In this document: positions 26,432 to 40,659 of the stretch, in pieces
How positions within the stretch are numbered: position 1 is the first letter of the stretch
How the letters are laid out: the number at the start of each line of letters is the position of its first letter
Assembly: GCA_964016885.1 (NCBI GenBank)
Contig: OZ024743.1
Span: 151,590,001-151,654,000 of the forward strand
Source: Eledone cirrhosa
Lineage: Eukaryota
Direction of reading: 5' to 3'
DNA: 64,000 bases
Translations under genes and position numbers: made by a program
The notes under the pieces: generated by a model
What the model was told of the DNA's origin: nothing
The model's database searches: none
The model's input: the letters and a program-made list of their open reading frames with translations, nothing else

Positions 26432-29039
26432 CTATTAATATAATGCCCACTCCCTTACGTTGATGTACTTTAGAAGAGTTTATAACATTGTAACTTGACA
26501 TTGCATTAAATCAATGCTGCAGTACATCTCTAGCTTTTTAGAAGTCTTAATCTTGATTACTATTACACAATAACCTTTCATGCAAACTAGATCATCCATT
26601 TGTATAACATACGTTTACAAGCGCAACCTATTTACAAACTGTTTATATACATTACTTAATACTTTTGATGCCTGGTCAATTTCTTGGCTTTCAGCCAACC
26701 TATGTCTCCTGGCATGCAGCCTCTATAATCACTACAGAACCTCTGTTTATACTGCCCTTGCTTTATAGCATATGGCATAATACTTCTTCTAAAACATACA
26801 GTAATATGATATATTAGTACAAGGAGAAAATACTTTTGTCACCAATAAGGGAAACTGTTCTAAACTTCTATTCAGTTTGTACTTTAGATAGTAAACTATC
26901 ATAGTTTCCTAAATAATTAGGAAACATAAATAGCATAATCTTTCGATTATCTCCAGTGTAATGTTGGATGAGTTTGCCCCCCCCCCCCCCCCCCCACACA
27001 CACACATTCACACTATGATGCATCCAAGTATATGGTGTATATAATTCAAATGCAAATTCCTTATCTAGCTATTCAAAATCCTATAAATGTTCATCTACTC
27101 ATTGAATGTATTGCTTACTCAACATAAATATATAATTCACATATAGCATACTGAAATTCAAACAACTCTTTCTTACCCAATACAAAAGATGCTATTTATA
27201 TGGTCACTTAACCTGTGTAAAATAATCATCAAATCTTTCTCTAGCCACACCATAATGTCTTTTTAAAAAGAAAACTTTTACATTGAAAACAACAAAAACA
27301 GGACGGTCATGGCTTGAATGCCTTTGATCATGGCTGACTAAGAAGTAAACAAAAACTAAGCAGACTTAATTGCAATGTCCATACTATTCATTCTATTAAC
27401 ATACAAACGTCTACACAATAATTTATGACATATGATATGAAACATTTAGTAACTGTCAAATATAAAATGATAAAATACCAATTTTAGATATTATAAGTTC
27501 CGATTTTGATAAGCAAATAAAAAGCAATACTTCTGACACTATTCACACCATATATCTTATTGCTTACCAAACGACCATGCTACCAATTACACTATGGAGA
27601 GTTACATATATGTGATCCAAGTACTCTCAGTATGCCTGTTTCTCTTTTTCTGCCTCAACTCTTTTAATATGAAACTGCTTAAATCTATCTGAATTGCTTC
27701 TTTTAAAGTGTTTATATCTATCTAGAAACATCTCATAATTTTGTGTGAAACCCTTTGTTAAATTATGTTCCAAACACCAGCTTAATATTGAGAAAGCTAG
27801 TGATTATACTAAATCCCTCTGTGTACTCTGTAACATGGTTGACAATCAAAGACAATATAGAGAAGAGAGAAGGGTTTTTAATCTTTCTGAGTATGTGATA
27901 TCCTCTCTAGTGTCCACTACCAAATGAACCCACTACATTCTGACACACTTACTATACTCTATAAAGTGGTAGTGCTGGTGTTACAATAAAATGCATCCAG
28001 TACACTCAATAAAGTGGTTGGCATTAGAAAGGGCATTCAGGCATAGAAACCATGCCAAAAATATGGAATGTATGAGCAAGGTATGATCATTTGACCTATC
28101 TTGTTTTGGACTGTGACAAGCTGTCAGCATTGAAAGCAGATGAAAAGGGTTTATGTTGATGATGAGGTTATATGTTTCTTTTAATGTTTAGTGGATAATA
28201 TGGTTAGTTTTTCATGCAATGTATTCTATATTAGAAAAGTGATAAAGCACAATTGATAAACATCTTAATATAATTTGCTAAAACTGATGGAGATATTGGC
28301 AGAATCAGTGGAGTATGAAACAAAGTGCATCACAGTATTGAGTTATCACCTCTTTATGTTCAAATCCTGCTAAAATGTTAACTCTGCCTTTCATCTTTCC
28401 AGGGGCTTGATAAAATAAAGTAATAAAGTACCAGTCAACGACTGTGGTCAATTTATATTCCTATAAAGCACCCTAGATGTGAATAAAATTACAATACTCG
28501 ACAAGAAAATATTAAATGAAAACTGGAAGATGAAAAGTAATCCTGTGTATTACACAGCATTTATATTACTAGATATATTATTCATATCTAAAGTAAAATA
28601 TACTATTATGTGATAAAAGCAATCACTCAGTTAAAATGGCACATTTGTAAATATTGATGTTGGAAAATATTGGTTTTCAATATTACTCTTTCCATTAAGG
28701 TCACGTTGATAGAAATGATAGTGCACTAAAGCATATAGCCTTAAATTATTTAATCACCTTTCACTTTTATCCCTTCAACATTGATAAAAATCAGTTTTGG
28801 TAATATCCTAGAGAGCAAGTAATTTGCCTAAAACTCCTCCCTTTAAAGATGTTGCCCTTGTGATGGTTCCTAAGAAATCAATATTATAATTTCAAGTGAA
28901 CAAAGTGAAAAATACATTTCAAATAGTAATTCATAAAAATAAGAAAAGTAAACAAAAGCAATTTAACTCTCAGGAAGGATATGACCTGAAATTTCGATGT
29001 GATGTTGACAAGATATTTTCTATTCAACTCTGAATTTAA

Positions 29040-29570
29040 AAGTTGGTTAAATTAGAGAAGATATAGTGGAAGAGATTATAAGTAATCATCCTTAAATGTT
29101 ACCCCAGATAGAAAACACACGGAAGTAGGGAATTTCCTGTTTTGTGTGGGATTTAAGCAAAAGTTCTTTAAGTTAGCAGAATGACTGACATATAGCTTAA
29201 TTCTTTTGAATGTAGAGAATAGGTCATCATGCAATTCCTTAAAAGAGGTAAGTATTTAAAATAGGAGTAAGTGTTACTGCCAATTGGTTTACAGTGAAGG
29301 AAGTGAAGAGATAGAAAGAGAAACAACACTAGAATGTAAAGTTATGCAGCGTGAAAGCAATAGTGGTGGAGAAGAATGTCAGCTATACAAAATGGGAAAG
29401 CTATAGCTAGAAAATTTAATGTGAAATGGAAGTAAAGAGTTGGGAATTAAGTAGATGAAATGACAAATGATCTGTTACACTGAGAGGAAGTTAAAATACT
29501 GGAAATAGAAAGAAAAATAATGCTTGATTGGAGACAACAAAAGAGATCTTGTTGTTAAGTCATTTCAGAC
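29040..29570 (-). mobile_element. Old CR1/Jockey-group LINE 3' relic
   Basis: Purine-rich decayed block resembling the 3' part of the relic at 48720-49640. Confidence 0.45.
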
Positions 29571-32500
29571 ACTGTCTAAATTGATCCTTACTTAAACTGA
29601 TTCTGAAAAGTTCTTCCTATAATTAGAGACAAAATAAGACTATTTCATTTTGTTGTTTTCTAGAGTATTATTTTTTGATGTAAGGGTAACTAAATATTTG
29701 CAGCTATACTGGGTATATATTTAAATAGCATCTAATAGCACAACATTCAATGACGTAACATTCAATTGGACTTAAATCAGAATATAACATCAAGAATTTA
29801 CTTCCCACATTTAAAGTATCAACACTAAAGTTTAATCAACTGAGTTCAGATTCCATCAAAATTCCCTCACATCAAACAAAACACCCTTACATACACACAC
29901 ACACTCTCTCTAAGGTCAACTGATCGATTCTAAAAGCAACAGATACTGTTAATTTGGTTCCTTTCTTGTGTGCAAGAAAGCCAAATAAGCAATAGAAACA
30001 ATATTGTTAGGTAAATATTTCTATATACATCACATTACCAAATTCCATAAATCAACCATTTCTAAATCGTTTCTGACATATTGTGCTGCTGCTATCGATT
30101 GCTGCAGTTCTACAAATATAAGGTGCAGCCTGCAACACCTGGAAGGAACTCTAAACTAATACCAATTAGGACCAATTCATATGCAAAGATATTTCAAATA
30201 TGTTCAACCATAGAGCAAAAGCTGTCTTTGTAAATGCATAACTTGTAAGCACTTAGTCCTACTTTAGTGCTCCAACACATTCTTAGATTTTTGCCTATTG
30301 TAAAAATGTCTTTTAAATATTTTCCTTTGCTTTTATTTCAAACATCAGAAAGCTTTTATATAACTTGGGGTGGGAGGAATCATCTCCCCATTATCTGATT
30401 ATCTATCCACATGGCTTCTCTCTGCCTGTATCCATTCTCTGTATTCTTTTATCTCTTCATTTTCTAACCTACCATTTCTATCTCACCCAATTTTGTCTAG
30501 GCTTCATGTCTGTTCATTATTTTGATGATTAATTGTCAGACATTTTATGTACTTTCAGTTAAAATATCTAACTTTAATCAAATCACATGTTGATGCTCCC
30601 CCTCTCCCCACTTTTGACCACCACCGCCAACAACAATCACACTTTAGTTTGCAATCTTGCAATCCAGTTCTAATTTAAATTTCATTTAGATTACAGACTT
30701 ACAAATTTTATTTCCCTGTCAACAAAACTTATTACTCCTCCATATATATGCAATCTGTTCAAATAATTTTCTCCTATTCCCATTTATTTCATCCTTCTCT
30801 TTTTAAATGTTTACACTTTTGGTAGCCTTGCAGAAAATTCACTTTGGGAGAGACATGGTTTCTATAACTATAGTGAAGGCAGCCAATCAAAGAACTATGG
30901 CAGCCACTTTGGATGATAAACGACTAGCACTAAACAGAAAATGCCCTGAATCCTGAAAAATAACACAACTTCTCTCTCTAGAGGTGATGCAGGATAAAAC
31001 ATCATGGTACTTTTTAAAAAATGTTAGGGGGCTGTAGACCTAATATTCAATCTAGTTTACTCTGCTATAAGAAGCATCCAACTAAATGCTCCAGTTTGAG
31101 AAGGACAGTTTTCTTATGCACTGCTTCTGATTATATTTTCCCTTACATAGTGCTATATATACAGTTTAAAAAAGTAAGCAATAACCCAAGCTACTTGATA
31201 ATACCCAAGGAGCTTGACTTATTTGCTGGGTTATTATTCTGAATCTACATCATCAATAGTTTGGCTGCTCAGCAAGTGATAGATTGCAAGAGCTCCAACC
31301 ACAGCAATTAGCAGCAGTTTATGAATCATGACTTTTTCAATTCATCATCCAAAACAAAAACAGTGGAGAAATATATTAGAGATGTGAAAATGTTTAATGT
31401 TCTGTTTCTTTCCCAAGAAAAGTAAGCTCTCATTCTGCCTACTAAGCTGATGACATGATCTAACATATGTTCACTCTTTGGTTCATTTTCTCTTCTCAAT
31501 ATTTACTTGACCAAGTTCTCGAATGCCAGATTCAATTAACATCAACTCCTCTATTCCTGACACCAATAACCTTTCATCTTTGAGAACTTTAGGAACAGCC
31601 CATGACATTAACAAAACTATGAACTATGTTTAGTATTAGAAATTCAATTTTAATGCTTTGAACTAGCCATCCTGGTATTCTGGTACTAACAATATTTGGT
31701 TATATACCAACATTTTAGATCATACACAAGTGATACACAGATCTTTGTCCTGTCTGGGAGATCGGTAGGCTCGCTTCAGTACTGACTTGGTCTATGTAAA
31801 ACCATCTAACCCTTGCAAGCAGGGAAAATGGATGTTAAAACAATGATGATGATTAGTTATCTCATTAAGACTTTTTTTGTTTTCTATATCTAGGACCTAA
31901 CTCTTGAGTTCTCCCTTCACTTTCATACACACAGTTTTTGTAAAAAAAAAAAGCATTACTTGTAATTCTCTGTCAATGCACACAGGTATGGTTGTAATTT
32001 CAACAATTCTCACTGAGCTTACACATCCTCTAAAACATTGTACAATAAAGACTCAATGACTTGGCCTCAAATAACAACATCAAATGCAAAAACAAAATCT
32101 TATCATTTCTCTTCTTCATAAAATCTTATACACCCATTCATCTGACAATCAGCAATAATGTCTCAGAGATGACACACAGATTTATAAAGGCTAGGTTTCC
32201 TTTCTAAGATAGATAACCTGAATACTACTCACACTCCTGATATGCTTACACTTATCTTATTTGATAGCTTGAAAACGTTTCTGACAAATATTGGCTCAAA
32301 AGAAACCAGTGTTCTCTCAGTATCTTATGATACTACCCAAGCAGTCACTGCATCTCTCCTGTAAACCAGCAAACTAAACAATTTCCTATAAACAATTTCC
32401 ACTTCTTGGAATACAATAAATGAATATAAAAAACATTTAATATCTATTATTTATCTACATGATCATGGGACCCAAGAAGAGTAAATGGACTTAAACTACT

Positions 32501-33748
32501 TTTGAAAAAACAGTAAAGTTTATGACAAATCTATATAAGATATAGAGATTGAGAGAGAAAAGGAGACAGAAAGAGCATATTAATGAACATTTTTTTGTGT
32601 GTTAAGATTTATGAATATAGTTAAATGTATATTTGTAAATGTGCTCACACTTTCTTGAAACAGGGCAAAGTATTTAACAAATGATGCATGAACAGAAACA
32701 TATTTTGAAACAAAATATAAATCTTTTGTCTTATAGTTGGTTATGTTGGAATATGATGAATTAATGGAACAGTGGTATATATCCAGTTTAATTGCTGAAA
32801 CAATGAGGTCATGGAAAAGAATGGAAAAGAATGGAAAAGAATGGAAATGAAAACGAAAACAAAAACAAATCCAAAATGATATTCAGAGAGAAGTTAGCTC
32901 TCATGAAATTAGGTTATAAATGTAACACTGACAATTGTTGCCTGTAGGGGGTAGGGAGTGGGTGGCCTAGTTTTTAAGTACCCCTCTCCCTATATATCTC
33001 TCTTATTTGAAAGCATTAAAACTTTTTCTTTTTTCAGGTGAAGTGATATCTAATGATATCTCATTTTCCATTTTTATGATTTATGTTTGTAAATGTATTC
33101 AGGATGTACTAATGAATTAATGGTCAATAAAGATTTACGTTTTCTTCATCACATTTTTGTGAAAAGATATCTTCTTCAGAGAGAAGAGATCACACTGAAA
33201 AATGGTGTCTGTATTGAATTTATATGTTATTGTTTCTATGGCTCACAACAGCATTGGTCTAGGCAGCCTTCCATGAGGCTGCATTGCATAGCAGGGCTCT
33301 TGGGCAATTTTTCTGGTGACAAGGTGGAATTTCATTCAATTCAGGATGCACAGATTTGGAACACATTGATATTGAAACAATTCTGCCGATCCACCAACCA
33401 GGAGTGGTACTTTATTTATAGATTCTGAAATGATCAAAGGCAATGGTGAACATGGCAGGATTTGAATTCAAAGAACAGAGAAGCTGAATAAATACTGTGT
33501 GTATCCAAGTTTTTTAGACTAAGTGCATCATATCCATGCATATCATAAGAGGTGACTAAAAGGGCACCCGGCTGTAAAACATTGTCTCAAACCATCTAGT
33601 CTAACCCATACAAGTATGGAAAAGGGAACATAAAAGCAATGATGGTGACAGAGAAATCAGTTTTTACCAAATTCTTAAATATGGATGTATATGTTCAATT
33701 ATGTGTAAGACTAAGTAATAGTGTGAGTATAAAGGCATCTAACCTGGG

Positions 33749-33811
33749 CAGATATGTTGAAATAGTGATTATTAAAGCATTGCTTTAATAATCACTATTT
33801 CAACATATCTG
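33749..33811. repeat. Perfect 63-nt palindrome (31-bp arms, 1-nt centre)
   Basis: CAGATATGTTGAAATAGTGATTATTAAAGCA-T-TGCTTTAATAATCACTATTTCAACATATCTG. Confidence 0.98.
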
Positions 33812-36709
33812 ATAGGATAGTACACCTTTTCCAAATGTGTGCAATTACACTATTTTACAAGTTATATCAGTTGAAGACAGTGTTATAACTGTGGTGTCTG
33901 TACTTATAAAGTTAGGATTAGGGATGGATGGAGACATGCTGTTCATTGTAGCTGCATTTTAAGGTCAAGTATATTGATTAGAGATATAATGCTAAACAAA
34001 TTCTGAACTTAAAAGCAAAAAAATATCTCTTGCCTTTGGTAACTTAGAAATGAAAAGTATTCAATAGAGTTTCAGATGAATTGAAGAAGAACCTAAGCTT
34101 GAGTCATATAGTGCTGTTGAAATCATTTATAAAAGTGCATACCATGATATCAAGATTTAGAAAGACATCTAGCAATTAATTCTATACAAGCAGAATGCTC
34201 ATCAAGATTGTTTTCAACTTGTTTTTATTGAACTAGTTGTGAAATTCATAGATATATAATTTAGTTAAAATTTTAGAATTGAGCAAAGAAATAACTTGTG
34301 TAGTGTAAAGAAGACACCTTGGATCAAAATGAGATTTCCATCTTGGAAAAGAGATGGTAGATAATTCAATCAATATAGATGAAGCAGAATTTCAAGTAAA
34401 CAAGATTAAAAGAAAGAGAAAAAAAAACAATCCAACTAATAAGACACAGAGCTGAAGTTCAAAGACATTGAACAATATTGATTGCACAACTACAAAGGAA
34501 TATTTTTTTTAACTAAATGATATCAGTTCTTCAGAGTTTGATAAGTTCAATTGCTACAAGGAGGGGGAAAAGTAACATTTCAGGTACTTGCTGTTTAGCT
34601 AAGAGTGAGGAAGAGAATGAAAGTGATGTCATCTCGTTGGATGCAAGTCGAGATAGTATAAGGGGTTTATTTCAATACCTACAATCCAACAGCCAGCCTG
34701 TGTCATACTTCCTCACTGTCATAAGAAATAGGAACAGTTTATAACTCTAGATAAGATAATTGTTGAAGTTTATTATCACCAAGTCAGTCCTAACAAGGCA
34801 TTTCAACAGTGATCATCCTATCCTTTTAAGACAATATATTTTGTATTACATTATCCAATGTCTCCTTCCCATTTTGTAATGAGATTTGACAGACATTTTG
34901 AATGAGATTTGACAGACATTTTTTGCAGGTCAAACAACCATGTAGAAGCTCTCTTGCTGGTTTGAAGATTATCAATTAAACTTGCAGAAAATCAAGAGTT
35001 TGCAAGTATGTAATAAAATAACTAACATTTTGTTTCATTTATTGGTATATTAAGCTGATTTTTGGAACACATCAACAGAAAATTTCTTGAGTAAAAAAAA
35101 TAGAAAGTTTAATTTAAATATTGAACACTTGAAAACAAGTGGTGTTATGTTTTTAAGAAGTCCAGATGCATGCCAACGAGGTTGATATCAAAATTGTTAA
35201 TAATACCTTTTAGACTTTATATTTTTTCCTTCAAAAATATATATTAATCAGATAGATTTCTATGAGTACCAAATTTGAATAACAAACATTAACGGAATGA
35301 AATATTACAACACTTAAATAATCAGAGTATGATCATATGTAAAAAATAGTGAATTTGGGATAGTTGATAATTGACAAAACAGAACATTGAATAAAGTAGA
35401 ACAGATAATTGAGAAATTATTCTGAATAGCTATCATGAGATTATGAACCATCATGGAGATAAAACTCTCTCTAGAGGTGAAATTTATTAACACATTCTTT
35501 ACCATATTTATAATGACAGATACTGCCTGTGATTTTCAAGTGATTTTGAAAATAATAAAAAACCGAAAGGATTTAATATGATAAATATAAGTTTCTGGTG
35601 TTTGAGACATAACTTAGCATAGATTATTTCAAAAGGCTTTTAGACAAATATAAATACTTAAAAACAAACAGTTTTGCATTGTAAAATGACAGGTGCTTTC
35701 AGCTGATTTGGTATTAAAAAAAACTTAAACAAAGAATATGAACTTTTATAGGCTCAAATTTCACACAATAAAATTCGCATTACTTTTAGGAAAACATGTA
35801 ATAAAATACAGTGATAAATATAGCTGAGGGTAGGAGATTTGATTGAATTTGCAGCCTATTTATATGCATTTATTATTTATTTCAGTGTAGTTGTTTAAGT
35901 GAACAATTTGGTAGAGTCATTAGAGTGTCAGTTATTTGTTATGAACTTCTGAGTTCAAATACTGCTGAGGTCCACTCTGCCTTTCATATTTCCAGAGTCA
36001 ATAAAAAGTTAGTATCAGCCCAGTGCTGGTACAGCTCTCTTTCCTTCCAACTGTTTGAATGTTCCATTGTTTTGGGCTACTTTCTCTCTTACGAAAACAT
36101 GCTGAAGGAAATGATACATAGCAGAAAACAAAATATAACGGATGGATCATCATTTCGTACAGTTGTGTTTATTTGGTTTTGAATAGTCACATCACATCCG
36201 TGCATATTGTAAAAGGCAGGGATGTGATGTGACTAAAGGCAACTACCGTATATACTGGCGTATAGGTTGCACCTTTCTAACGATAAATAAGTATAAATTT
36301 TTGGGGTGCGACCTATCCGATCGACATCAGACTGACCAATGATTTTTCATAGACTTAATCAACGATGGGTATTTTTAAAAATAACTTTGTTAATATTTTT
36401 TTTATTATTTAACATAATAATTTCATATATCTACCTTCTTATACATATATTTCTTGATTTTAAATTTTTTACTAAAACTTTGTAGTGTTTACGTTTTTTT
36501 CTATCTGACCGAACCATCAGTCATTAAAATCCATAGAAATGCAAACCCGGTATTTAAAATGTGATTTCATTGTCTTGGCGTTGCTATGAACACGTATTGT
36601 GACGTATTTACTTTAACAGGAAACAGATTATTGCACGTGGCGTTTCTTTTCAAAATTAGCAAGTGAGAAAAGTTGGTAGTTGACATTTTTTTATAATTCA
36701 TTGTGAAAT

Positions 36710-37010
36710 ATGAATTCCGGTAAGAGAAAACGTTATCAAACAGTTTTCAAGTTAAAGGTGGTTGGTTATGCAGAAGAATTTGGAAATAGATCAGCAGAAA
36801 TGGAGTTTGGAGTGTCAGAAAAGGTGGTGAGAGGTTGGAGGAAACAAAAAGACAAGCTGGGAGAAATGCCTAAATCAAAGAGAGCAGCAAGGTTTGGAGT
36901 ATCATCAAGATCTTGAAAAAGAGCTAAATGATTGGGTTTTAGATATCAGGGAAAATGGACACATTGTTACAAAACTTTCTATAAGAACGAAAGCCCTTCA
37001 ACTTGCACAT
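36710..37010 (+). pseudogene. pogo transposase N-terminus (Brinker-like DBD plus CENP-B HTH), one frameshift, DDE domain missing
   Basis: KRKRYQTVFKLKVVGYAEEFGNRSAEMEFGVSEKVVRGWRKQK, then DLEKELNDWVLDIRENGHIVTKLSIRTKALQLA. Confidence 0.9.
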
Positions 37011-37146
37011 ATTGCACAAAAGATATTGATGACAAAGTACAAAATGTATAAAACCTTTTCACCAGTCAAAATAATATTTGCAATGTACTCTTACACAATG
37101 TACGGTGTAAATTTACGTAACAGAATGTTCCCAACATATAAGTTCA

Positions 37147-37381
37147 TTAACAGGTGTGAACATGTATTGGTGTTGTATTTTTCAACCACGTTGCGGTAAT
37201 ATTTTCAATGGTGTCCGTCAGATCTTCGCTTTCACTTTCCAAGTAACTATCATCGTCAGAAATAAATACGTCTGATTCATTTGAAGATAAATCACTAATA
37301 TTATCTTGTGTTTCTTTTTCATTTCGAATGTCGTCGCATGTAAAACCTTCAAAGTCGGTATTCGCTACTTTGGGAAGCCAT
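37147..37381 (-). pseudogene. Acidic N-terminal reading frame resembling a piggyBac-type transposase N-terminus
   Basis: MASQSS, one frameshift, then NTDFEGFTCDDIRNEKETQDNISDLSSNESDVFISDDDSYLESESEDLTDTIENITATWLKNTTPIHVHTC*. Confidence 0.5.
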
Positions 37382-39599
37382 GTTGATACGCAAAAAATCT
37401 GTTATACTTTCAACGTTAAAAAACGTGTTATTTCAAGTTGTTTCACTATATTAAGAGTTAATTTTCGCGCTTAAAGGCTTTATCTCGCAGTAATCTCGAA
37501 TTGACGAAATTTCGATGACGTTAATGTTTATTTTATAAATAAAACATGGTTTGGAGTATATATCGCAACGGCGAAGTAATGGAAAACTAACAGATTATTA
37601 GTTTCAATTATCATAAAAAATAGTAGTTTGACAGCCCAAATTTCAGTGCAACTTATCTGCGAGTCAATGGCAAATAGCCTATTTGTTAAATGAAAAGTGG
37701 GTATGCGACCTATACGCGAGTATATACGGTAGACATGGCACCAGTAAGAGCATCTGGTTATAAAATATTACTTTAAAAAGAACCCCCTGATCAATATGAA
37801 GCAAGTGATGGGATGCAAGGCTAGCCTCTGTTTCAAGAAGGAAAATGACCTTTAAAATGCTTATTGTTGGTTAATACTATATAGACAGAAAAAGGAAACC
37901 ATATTAAAAATGTTAGCTTTCTTAGTTGACAGCAAGAATTAAATTCATCAGTGAAAAAGTAAAAATATTTACGAAACAAAACAGTAAAGAAATATGAAAC
38001 TTCAATTCAGAATCCACATATATTAGTTTCTTTTACATTTCAATAAATCGTTTCTGACATTTCCTATGTCATGTGTATTGCTATGCTGACGAGTTATAGT
38101 AATAGTGTTTAAAAATAATGCTTCATATGGTGATAGTTGTCAACAGATGTGTCAATTTACTAAATGATAGAATACATACAAGCTTTAATAAAGTTTTCAT
38201 AAATTTAATATAGAAATTTAAAAAACAAAAACAAATTGTTTCAAATAAATTATATTTTGCTAATTTAAATTTCAGTATTTAATAAAATACATAAAATTCT
38301 AAACATGTATTATAACTTAGAAATAGTGTTAATTACATTTTAAAATAAAACTGATATTCTTAGATTTTAACCGTTTTCACACAATTTGAGACCAGCTTTT
38401 GTCTTAATATACAAAAAAAAAAAGAAAAGAAATAACAAACCGTTAACCATTACTGTTTTCATAATTAAATCAAAACAATCCATTATAATTATTTATAAGA
38501 TGATACTGTTATGATACATCAGCTTAATAATGAAAAAATGAGTTATTTTACTAAATCTCGATAAATTCTTGATTATTAAAAAATAAAAATATTAAAATAT
38601 AGGCAGTGTAATTATACTAGAAATATATGATAACTTGATATTGTTTTATTTTTGATACAAGACTTTTTCAGATAACTTATATATGTTTTTTTTTTTAAAT
38701 GCTATACAATTTTATTCCCAGTTTACTTTTATTTTATTGTTTTACAAACATAAAAAAAAAGAGAAGAAAAAAACAACACACAAGCAGGTAATACACACAT
38801 CTAGGACCACATACAACAAAAGGCAAGCGAAAGGAGTTGATAATGATATCGCGACGAAGATATCACTATGAATTTTTGAAAATATTTAAATCTAACTTCT
38901 ATGCCTTGGAGAGCATCTAAAAAGAAACAGTTTGATATCTCATTTGTGAAAATTTGGTGGAATATTTTAGGAAAAGTGACAATTTGAATGGTCAGTGAAT
39001 TGGTCGAAATCTGGGCTAAATGAATAATTAGCCATATTTGTGATGTTAGATCTTTGAAACTGGTTATAATCATCTTCAAATGATATAAATTAATAGTGTT
39101 CATGGGATAGCAATTACCTATTTTTTTTTCAGGTTCTTGAAAATGAAATTTATTTTTGGCAATTTAAAAAATATTTTTGTAAAACCTATTTTGTTGCGAG
39201 CGTAAGTTTTTCATATGATTTCAGACCTAGCTAAATCCAAAATTACAAACCACAGAGACTTGCTTTTTGGTACAACTGCAGTAGGTATAGAACTAAATAA
39301 ATTGTGAGATTTTGGCATATGATTCCATTTCAATAACATTTTAATGGATTATTAAAAATAGATATAAACAATTAAATTACAGTGATTAAAGGCCACCACA
39401 AGGTTTTCATGTATTTTTAAACATGGCTAATTAGTATATTTTTATCCCTAGTTGTATAAATAACATTACAAATTGTTCACAATTTTTACAAAATATAAAA
39501 AAAAAATACACACAGCATTTATAAATCAAAATATAATTTATGGATGACCAGAGCAAGAGAGAGAAAAAAAAGGAGGGGGGGGGGGGGCAAAAACGACCA

Positions 39600-39745
39600 T
39601 CAATTCAACACCAAGTGCGACAATCGGCCACACATCACAAAGGTCAATGGAATATTTTGAGGAATTACCATGAGTGATGGCGAGGCTAAGGTGCTGAAAC
39701 ATCCAGGCACCTTTAAGGGCATCACCTGACACCCCAGTAAGGCGA
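39600..39745 (-). mobile_element. 3' relic of a restriction-like-endonuclease non-LTR element (CRE-like)
   Basis: RLTGVSGDALKGAWMFQHLSLAITHGNS resembles the FQRLSxAIxRGN C-terminal motif; abuts (TG)n(GA)n. Confidence 0.6.
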
Positions 39746-39978
39746 GTGTGTGTGTGTGTGAGTGTGGAGAGAGAGAGATAAATAGACAAACAGACAACAC
39801 TGTTAGCAGAGAATGCTGATTTCTAGCATGAATGATAACATTTGAAAACATTTTAAGACACATTTTTGTCTTATGTTTAATTGTTTCATGAATTCTAAAA
39901 AAAAAAAAAATTTAGAATGTCTTTGTCAGATCAAAGCATATGAGTGATAAGTGGACAAAAAGATTATGTATAATTATT

Positions 39979-40162
39979 TGTTTCTACTTTAGGCACAAGG
40001 CCAGCAATTACCCAGTTCATTACTGGTACTTTATTTTATCAACCCCGTAAGGATGAAAGGCAAAGTCAACCTCGGCGGGATTTGAACTCAGATCGTAAAG
40101 CGACGTAACTATGCTGGAAAGTATGGCGTCCGACCCTCTACCGATACTGCCAATCCACCACC
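39979..40162 (-). mobile_element. SINE family A, full length, 17-bp TSD
   Basis: TSD GATTATGTATAATTATT at 39962-39978 and 40163-40179. Confidence 0.95.
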
Positions 40163-40659
40163 GATTATGTATAATTATTAAATGTAGATTATATGAAGTA
40201 AAAGTTTCTTCTAATAGAAGTGACTATTATATTATTTTTACAATTTCTTTAGTGAATATAAGTTTTCTATGCAAACTTTTGTTTGTTTTTGTAAACAAAT
40301 TTTGTTCATTTTTTTAAATATAATGGTTTGTTCAATATTCTTTTCTTTCTTTCTCTTCTCTAAATTGGCTATGCTGTACTGTGAGAAGAGTTGTGGGAGA
40401 GCATTCTCCAGAAATGAAGAAGTGTTGAAGAAGGGGCTATAACAACTTTTTTTACATAGCAAAAAATGTTATGCCACTAGAATCATCTAAAGATGGCCCA
40501 ATGTGCAGTATACCATAGAACAGAAATAAAGAAGAAGGTACAAAATTAAACAACAAATAAATGTTAATTGTGTTAACCCTTTTGATATCAATCCATCTGA
40601 AAATGGTTCTGATTTTATAATACAAAACTTCACATTTCAAGTGAGTGTTCATATTATCA

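Larger units (their letters stand above)
36246..37729 (+). mobile_element. Tc2/pogo-type DNA transposon, internally deleted
   Basis: TA TSDs; 26-bp TIR CCGTATATACT(G/C)GCGTATAGGT(T/C)GCA with 2 mismatches; subterminal TGCGACCTAT-like motifs near 36307 and 37648. Confidence 0.95.

Noticed and set aside
33950-35500. Possible decayed hAT or integrase-like coding traces (e.g. EIILNSYHEIMNHHG) and ORF 34517-34744
   Set aside because: Too short and degenerate to assign without a profile search
30063-38060. Exact 17-mer TAAATCGTTTCTGACAT at ~30063 and ~38044
   Set aside because: No flanking similarity; one such match is plausible by chance in 64 kb of AT-rich DNA
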